Positions 55,247 through 64,000 of a DNA stretch of 64,000 bases are shown here, piece by piece. The stretch is from the human T2T-CHM13v2.0 reference genome, Homo sapiens. Below the pieces are notes generated by a model. The model saw nothing but the letters and a program-made list of their open reading frames with translations. It did no database searches and was not told where the DNA came from. The position numbers were made by a program, and so were the translations under genes. The stretch's first letter is position 1, and the number at the start of each line of letters is the position of its first letter. Where the stretch lies: NCBI RefSeq assembly GCF_009914755.1, contig NC_060928.1; one strand, written 5' to 3'.

Positions 55247-55946
55247 CAGTGGTCCCCCCTTCATAGGGGATACATTACAAGATAGTGGATGCCTTTAACT
55301 ACAGATAGTACCAAATCCTATATACACCATGTTTTCTCCTATATGTACATATGATAAAGTTCAATTTATAAGTTAGGCACAATAAAATATGAATAACAGT
55401 AATAATAAAATAGAACAATTATAACAATATGCTGTTCACAATTTCATGGATAGAAGATTTATTCTTACCGTAAATCTTAGCAACCTTAGCATATATATGT
55501 TTTAAATTTTCCTATTAAGTAGAAAACTTTCATCATTTTACTTTAAGGAATTACTTTATGAATTCTTTTTGGGATATCCTAATTGCCAGTATCATTACTC
55601 TTATTTCTGGAGACATTATTAAGTAAAATAGGGGTTACTTGAACACAAGCACTGCATACTATATCAGTTAATCTGATAGCCAAGAAAGCTACTAAGTGAC
55701 TAAGGGGCAGGTGGCATTGACAGCATGCATACACTAGGAAAAGTGATGATTCACATCCCAGGTGGGATGGAGCAGGACATTGAGATTTCATGTCGCTACT
55801 CAAAACTGTATGCAATTTAAAACTTATACATTGTTTAAATTCTAGAATTTTCCATTTAATATTTTTGGATCTCAGTTGACTTCTGGTAGCTGAAACTGTA
55901 GGAACTGAAACTGCAGATAAGGGTTGGGTGGGGGGGGGGACTATTG
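55247..55946. mobile_element. MER44 (Tigger-derived) DNA transposon
   Basis: TIRs CAGTGGTCCCCCCTT / GGGGGGACTATTG with TA duplication and internal ATGATAAAGTTCAATTTATAAGTTAGGCAC. Confidence 0.85.
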
Positions 55947-56540
55947 TATTATCTCTAACCTAACTTTTTCCAGAGTGCAAAGAATCATGCTGAAATGGGT
56001 AGTGATACCTAAATTCAGTAGAATATTATGATGCCTAAGACATATAGGGCTAAAGTCCTAAGATAAAGCAACTTAGAGCTGTAAAATAAATGTAGATGAC
56101 ATGAAATTGTATCACGTCTAAGAAATATAATAAAAAATTATAAAGTATTCACCAAGTATGTTTTTATTCTATTACAGTCAACAGATAGTTATTTTACACC
56201 TGTGAGTCAGAAATGCTTTTTCATTAAAAATAAAGTCTTGCATAAAATATACTGTCTTCATACTTTTTAAATTCCATATCATTTTTTAGTTTTCTCCCTT
56301 AATACTCCAAAGTGAAAAGCCTAATAAATTTATGATGGCCCTAACACATTCAGGATCTCTGAGGGAAACTTCTACCATCAACTAAGATTGATGGAGCAAA
56401 GCCAGAAATGTGTAAGGGAAAGCTCATTTGTTTGCCAGGCCTCAAAGTAGAGACCTGGTGTCTAAGTGTCTTTTAATTAGGTAACGCCTGTGGCTATTCT
56501 CATTTATTTAAGTCACTTATCAGCGCTCGCAGCTTTTTTC

Positions 56541-57360
56541 TTTCTTTTTTTTTTTTTTTTTTCACATATTAGTTTATTTATTTATTTTTTTTAATTTTTT
56601 TTTTTTTTATTATACTCTAAGTTTTAGGGTACATGTGCACATTGTGCAGGTTAGTTACATATGTATACATGTGCCATGCTGGTGCGCTGCACCCACTAAC
56701 GTGTCATCTAGCATTAGGTATATCTCCCAATGCTATCCCTCCCCCCTCCCCCGACCCCACCACAGTCCCCAGAGTGTGATATTCCCCTTCCTGTGTCCAT
56801 GTGATCTCATTGTTCAATTCCCACCTATGAGTGAGAATATGCGGTGTTTGGTTTTTTGTTCTTGCGACAGTTTACTGAGAATGATGGTTTCCAATTTCAT
56901 CCATGTCCCTACAAAGGACATGAACTCATCATTTTTTATGGCTGCATAGTATTCCATGGTGTATATGTGCCACATTTTCTTAATCCAGTCTATCATTGTT
57001 GGACATTTGGGTTTGCAGCCAAAAAACACATGAAGAAATGCTCATCATCACTGGCCATCAGAGAAATGCAAATCAAAACCACTATGAGATATCATCTCAC
57101 ACCAGTTAGAATGGCAATCATTAAAAAGTCAGGAAACAACAGGTGCTGGAGAGGATGTGGAGAAATAGGAACACTTTTACACTGTTGGTGGGACTGTAAA
57201 CTAGTTCAACCATTGTGGAAGTCAGTGTGGCGATTCCTCAGGGATCTAGAACTAGAAATACCATTTGACCCAGCCATCCCATTACTGGGTATATACCCAA
57301 AGGACTATAAATCATGCTGCTCTAAAGACACATGCACACGTATGTTTATTGCGGCACTAT
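56541..57360 (-). mobile_element. Human-specific L1HS pre-Ta insertion, 5'-truncated and 5'-inverted
   Basis: 3' UTR diagnostics GATGAC-ACG-TTAGTGGG and CTTAGAGTATAAT (ACG/G = pre-Ta). Perfect 14-bp TSD TCGCAGCTTTTTTC at 56527-56540 and 57361-57374. Strand switch at ~57013. Confidence 0.93.
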
Positions 57361-59702
57361 TCGCAGCTTTTTTCAATTGCTTCCGGAAGCAGTTTAGGCT
57401 TCCTGGTGGTCTGGATGTTGGATGCGTTGAAGAGGACATGGTAGGGTTATATGCTCTTCTGAAATCGGCAGGCTGCCTTGTAGATCTGGTCCTAACAAAC
57501 ATATTTCAGTTCTTATTCTTGTTGCTTCAGAAGGGGCTAGAGGAGAGTCTTTTCAAATTGGCTTCAATTAGTGTGGGCAACAGAAAAATGTAGAGGACAC
57601 ATTTTAATCTGATTTCATGCACTTGGAGTAAACATCGGTTTTTCTCAGTTTATGGTGGAAGTTTCCACCAAAGAACCAAAACCTTCTTTGGGGCCATTTG
57701 AACTACTTGGCAGAACAAAGATGAGTGCTTTTGGGTTCGGGCTTCTGTTTCCCTCATGCCTTATTAAATCCCAATACATATATTTAGCAACAGAGAGCTG
57801 CATATTTTGTAAGAATATTTTCACTAACTATTATTGCCTCTTAGGTGATATGACATGTGAGAGCCTACATTTTTACGTAGTAAAACTTCTACAAATTGAG
57901 GAGTAATGTATTATCAGCCACCTGGTACATTCATATTAAATACCAAAATAGGTCCACAATGTCTTTATGTGTCCAATAAAGGGCTATTTTTCTTATTCAA
58001 AATGATGTTTTAAGGAATGCTTTATGCTGGGTGATTAACATGTTCCCAAATAGCAGTTCTCACTAATGCAAAGCAGAACAGAATTTCATTCTTCTGTTCA
58101 GGATTTAGGCTGAGTAAAAATACTTCACTGTCATAAAGACAAAAGCCACAGCTGGATAGATGGCAGAAAAGCACTCATTAAACTTTAAAACCTAAAGCAT
58201 ATTTTAAACTACAAACTACTTCAAACATCATAAATATCCTAAATTCTTAGGCCAGCAACTAACCTCTACCTCCTTCCTACATTGTTTTTAAATGAATGGC
58301 AGCTGCTGCCCATACCCAAGACTGAAAAGAAGGGGAAAAAATTCCTTAAGTCGATGGTTAAAGTTTCAGAAGATTTTATTCTTTTTGTCAAGTTCTCTTC
58401 AAAAGTTAGTGATATTTGTCTTATGAAAGAAAGTATTCTGTCATGGAAATCAAATACCTCAATACAATACTCAACAAATATAATTTTATAGCATTTTGGC
58501 TTTCATTTATTTACTCTAAAAATTTTACACATGGAATGCATATTTGTTCATATCTTTGAAATATTTCACAACCTTTATCAACACATTGAGTGGTGAAGGG
58601 ATTTTATACTCTTCCTCCCAAGTGGTATATTACAGAGACTCCTCATAGAGTTGCCACTGAATCAGACTATCCCAGTGAAATACAGGATCACTGGACAAGT
58701 CACAAAAGGACATAACAAACTAGTTCAATGTCATTATTCAACAAGTTATTATTCACAAATTATGAAGGCTGATTATTATATACTAGAAAATTCAGTATGA
58801 TGAAAACGACATCCCCGCTTTTGACATTTATGTCAGGAAGAATGGCAAAATTGTATGTGTGGTAAGTGTTATAGAACAGTAATTTCAAAGTATGCCATAT
58901 CTTTAATAAAAGAACGCTAAACTGAAATGTCATGAACTCAAAAATACCCTCCTCTTACAAGTTTTAACGAACACTCTTCAGTATTTAGCAACTAAAATAG
59001 TATAAGAGATAATCATGTGAAATTCGTTAACATGACATTCAGAATAAATTCTGAGGAGGAAATAATTTTCTCTTAGGAAAAATTTTCAGTTATATTTAAT
59101 CACTCAAACTTCTTTTATGTGCTAATTTTCAGAAATAATCTTTACTTCACCCTTTTATGTTAAGATCAAGGTACATTTTATTTAAAATACAATAACAATC
59201 ATCACTTTAGAACTTCACAAAATCTTGTCCTATTGTAAAAAAGCCTATTTGTTTCCTCATTACACACCTTACAGTGGAGTATAATTCTCTTTGAGAGGGC
59301 ATTCCACCCATAAGTCAAAATACTTGAATGATGGTAAAAGAAATGATAAACTGTGGTCTATTTTTTTTCTTGTGGCAACCACTTTTTGCCATTTACTTAC
59401 CAATATGTAAATTACCTGATCATTATAGGCACACTGCATGATTGAACTAAACTTGGTTCACAGTTATTTAAAATGAGAGACTTGATTATGCCAGCTGAGA
59501 GAGCAGAGTTTTAGCTCTTGATAAGACAGATGGCACTGTAAAACTACCTATCTCCATCCCCTGTCCTCCTAATCCCCCAACCTCCCACTAACTTACTGCT
59601 CTAACCTGACCTCACTCAGTGTAGGACACATGCTATTCACCATTATATGTTTTAGTCCCAGTACCGGTCCTAGCTTATATCATCCTTTCTGTTGTCAAGA
59701 AC

Positions 59703-60137
59703 TGTGAACATAGTGAGATTTTACCTTACTTGCAAGCTATCAAGTTAGTCTGCCACAGTTTCATGATGTGGGCAGAGGACACAAGAATCATGGGTCAGAG
59801 ATAAGGTCAGTTTATTACTTATAGCAATAGCAGTACCCAGAGTGTCACATTGTGCTGGTTCTTCATGGCCCAATCACCACTGAGCAATAGGGTACAGGGC
59901 CAGGTGATGTCTATACATTCAGTGGGTTGTGTAACTGGGGAGAAACCTTGAGTTTAGGGAACCAAGTTAATTATACTGGCCAGTAAGTATGCCTGCCCTT
60001 TACTGTATACTATGTCTCCCTTCGAAGGATCTTCACTATATAAACATTCTTACAAAGATAGTATGGAACACAAACAGCACTTATGTTAGCAAGATCTGCA
60101 GGAATGTAAAAGATTCATGGAGAACTATATTCCAACA
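59703..60137 (-). mobile_element. LTR47-like ERVL solo LTR
   Basis: TG...CA termini, ACTTGCAAGCTA.CAAGTTAG.CTGCCACAGTTTCATG. Same family as 18573-18900. Confidence 0.65.
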
Positions 60138-60654
60138 TAATTTCATGTTAAGGTAATGCGTTTGAGTTGTTTTTACTGAGTAGGTGAATAGTAGAATGAA
60201 GAAACTCTAGAGCTCATAGTTCACAAAAGATACATAGTGGCAACCACAGGAAAGGACATTTTTATGTCATCTGCTGCAAAGAAGAGCCCTTGCCATTTTT
60301 AAGAATAACATCTGTCAATATGGACCTCTCCTTTCTTCCACTTACACTCTTCAGGTTGCATGTTGTCCTTCTGTGATACCTTCTCTATAGTCTCCTTATT
60401 GTCTATGTGGCTCTTTTGTCTACTTAGTCTTTGTAGCACACAGTGAAATGTAAAAATACATAGCTTTTGGGGTCAGAAAACTGGGTTCTAAACTGAATTC
60501 TTTTCTACTAGTTATGCAACCTTGGGTAAATAATTTAAAATCACTATCAATTTTCTTATATGTAAAATTAGGGGGCTAAATTTGGAACACTGTTCTGTTA
60601 CCCCAATTATGTTTTTTACTTGTGCTTTTATGGTTTAATTGATTACGAGTGTTA

Positions 60655-61042
<388 letters not shown>

Positions 61043-61684
61043 CTATATATTGTTTTCCTTCCCGTGTCACAGACAATTCCCTGTGGAATTCTGTCTCACA
61101 GGATATCTGGCTTGAAATAGAGAGGATAAGGAGTGTGTTGTCTTTTTTATGTTATCTCTGTTCTCTCTTCTTCAAGCTTCTCTGATATCTCCAGCGAAGT
61201 CACAGGGTTCACTAGCCATTGTGAACTGAGGCAATATTATTTCTAATTATTTCTAACACATTTTAATGTTTTCCATTATGATAATATGTATATTTATATA
61301 AAACATACAATTTGTTATTTTAATTTCCTTCACAAAGTTGTGCAACCTCTACTAATTTGTTTAGTCTCATCATCTGAAGTTTTTATTTTTGTGTATGCCT
61401 TACAATGTGTAGAATAAAGTAGTACAGTAGCATATGCATTTTTAAATGATCTTTTAAAATATAGGCACATTGGGGGGTGTGTCTGCAATTTTTTTTATGA
61501 TGGTGCATAACCAAAAATCATGGGGACCACTGGCTTAGGGAAATACTCCATGATCTTCTACCACATCCACCAGTTGATCTGTGTTCATCGATTGTGCTCA
61601 CTTTCTTCTAATTCCTCTTCCTCAGACTGAATGATGTCAAACAAATATGGCAGTCAATTATTGGCTAGTACTAAAAGGGATTAA

Positions 61685-62135
61685 CTCTTCTTTCCCTTTC
61701 TCTCCCTCCCTTTCCCTCCCTCCCTCTCTCCCTCCCTCCCTCCCTCTCTCCCTCCCTCGCTACCTCCTTCCTTCCTCCCTTCCTTCCTTCCTTCCTTCCT
61801 TCCTTCCTTTTCTTTCTTTTCTCTTTCTTTCACTCTTCTTTTCTCCTTTCCTTTCCTTTTCTTTTTTCTTGAGACAGGGTATCCTTCCATCACCCAGGCT
61901 AGAATTCAGTAGCATGATCACGGCTTACTGCACCCTCAGCTTCTTGGGCTCAAGCCATCCTCTTGCCTCAGCCTCCTGAGTAGCTTGGACCACAGGTGCA
62001 CACCACCATGCCTGCCTAAATTTTTTTATTTTTTGTAGAGACAGGGTCTCATTATGTTGTCCAGGTTAGTCTCGAACTCCTAGGCTGGAATGATCCTCCC
62101 ACCCGGACCTCCCAGTGTGTTGGAATTATGGGTAC
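61685..62135 (-). mobile_element. AluJ with ~185-bp polypyrimidine (TCCC/TTCC/TTTC) expanded tail
   Basis: Pyrimidine tract 61685-61870, then GAGACAGGGT...GGGCTCAAGCCATCCTC...GGAATTATGGG. Confidence 0.88.
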
Positions 62136-62907
62136 GCCCAGTACTGGAATACCAAAGATTCTGAATCTAAGATGGGAGATCTAAGATAGCACCTACAAAT
62201 CTGTATTTTAAACTATCACCCAATTGATTTTGTTAGGGGCCAAATATGGACTGGTTTTTAATTAAAGAATATGTAGATGAGACAAGATACCATTTTAAAG
62301 TTGGGAATAATTTCTTCATATTATCTCTGGAATTGAATTCTTTGAATGGTTGAAACTAAAAAATTGACATTTCAATAGTCGAACTATTGCTATTTAAGTA
62401 CAGCTTTAAGCACTTGTTTCTGCAAAGCTTATCTGCTCTTAATTATGAAAAATTAAAGCATTTGCTTTAAACAATATCCTTGATTCCAATTTTAGAAGAG
62501 CTACTGGGGGAAGAGGACAGAGGTGAAGAACAACCTTGAATCTGGAAGGAAACAACAGTAAAGTCTGGAATGTTGACTAACACTGGGCATTCACTAGAGG
62601 GTCAAAAAAAAGATTATAAAATTATCTGATGTGGCACTAAAACTGCCAGGACAGTTCCACTGCTTTTACTCATTCCCAGCTCTCATATACTCATTACAGA
62701 TAAGCAGATGAGAAGAGTGGTATGAGGCAGAATTTCCAAGCATCTAAAGATTGTTTTCAGATTAAACCCAACGAACAGGGGCAACCCAATAAGATGCTCT
62801 ATGAGAGAAATGTAACGTTGAGCGTTTTACCACCGTACCTGATTATGGTAAAGTTAATGTATAAAGTGGACACTAATTACCCACACCTAATTCGCTTCTC
62901 TGTTTAA

Positions 62908-63169
<262 letters not shown>

Positions 63170-64000
63170 GATACACCATCTTTTGCTATGTAGAGCTAAA
63201 TAATTTGCTGAAATTAGTAATCTTTCTTAGATTTTAAAAAATAAATACCCAGAAATTGGCACTGAAATAGACATTTTGTATCACAACTTATACTCTCAAT
63301 TGTATGACAACACAGTTTGGCTACAGCTCCAGCACTGGTTAGGTGTTTGCAATAAATCACCTCGGTTTTAGTGAGAAGTGAGAAGTACTTCAAATGTAGT
63401 TGTTCCATAAAATATTAATCTAAATTTGGAAATGGACTGTTATTTTCAAATCAGTTTCTATTCCATTAGCAGGTGCTGGAGCAGTTTTCAAAGTGACTGC
63501 ATTCAACTTACTCACAGGGACAGTGATCAATTTATTACTGTGTGCATTTATTTCGCCAAGACAAGGTTTCCAAGGACCCACTGGTTGAATTTTCACGGCA
63601 TTTTATCTGCATTTTCGAACCAATTTTTTTTTAGGGGAAAGCCTCAGGGTTAGGTTTTTCATATTTATTTCCATATTTTAGGTGCAGAGTTGTATTAGAA
63701 GTCCACACATCCCATGAAAGGCATGGAAAAATAGAAAGTTATTCATCAGATTGCAATGGACCTCTTATATAGTAAGTATCTCCTCATGTCCTTGTCTAGG
63801 TATCTGAGTCAGCACCATGTATTAGAATAAGTCTGTATTTTTGAGTCAATCGGAATTTGCAGTTACTTAAGCCCTCTGATCTTCAGTGACTTGTCTATAA
63901 AATGGAAAAACATACTTAATTTGTTGGTAAATAGTGTGTAAGTGTCAAATAAATATAAGTGTCCAGAATAATACCTGTCAAATAAGGAATATTTACAGAG

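Noticed and set aside
56844-57593. 249-aa ORF
   Set aside because: Chimera of antisense L1 3' end, the inverted L1 ORF2 piece and flank read-through. An artefact of the twin-primed insertion.

Overview
Human (primate) AT-rich, repeat-dense genomic DNA, not prokaryotic. The only supportable protein-coding feature is a 51-nt phase-0 exon on the minus strand (20193-20243, NEKSPGRSASRSSNISK, canonical AG/GT). I recognise it from memory as an N-terminal exon of the E3 ubiquitin ligase MARCHF1 (MARCH1), so the rest of the window is very probably MARCHF1 intron. The introns hold THE1/MST/MLT1, LTR16/33/47, MER21 and ERVL remnants, Alus, MIR/L2, DNA transposons (MADE1 x2, MER3, MER6B, MER44), ancient L1M, a full-length dead L1PA5-like element, a twin-primed L1PA4-like element and a human-specific pre-Ta L1HS. 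Nearly all entries in the ORF track are repeat-derived or chance. Most notable: (1) mosaic sharing of private variants between two neighbouring L1s of different subfamilies, (2) the pre-Ta L1HS with a 5' inversion, a short 3' transduction tag and an ETS palindrome beside its target site, (3) a pair of perfect DNA hairpins at 30.4-30.5 kb plus several template-switch-like hairpins elsewhere, (4) a self-corrected 42-bp MADE1 (miR-548-type) hairpin, (5) an internally inverted ERVL remnant. I see no evidence for a wholly new biological system. Repeat subfamily names come from remembered consensus sequences and need RepeatMasker/Dfam confirmation.
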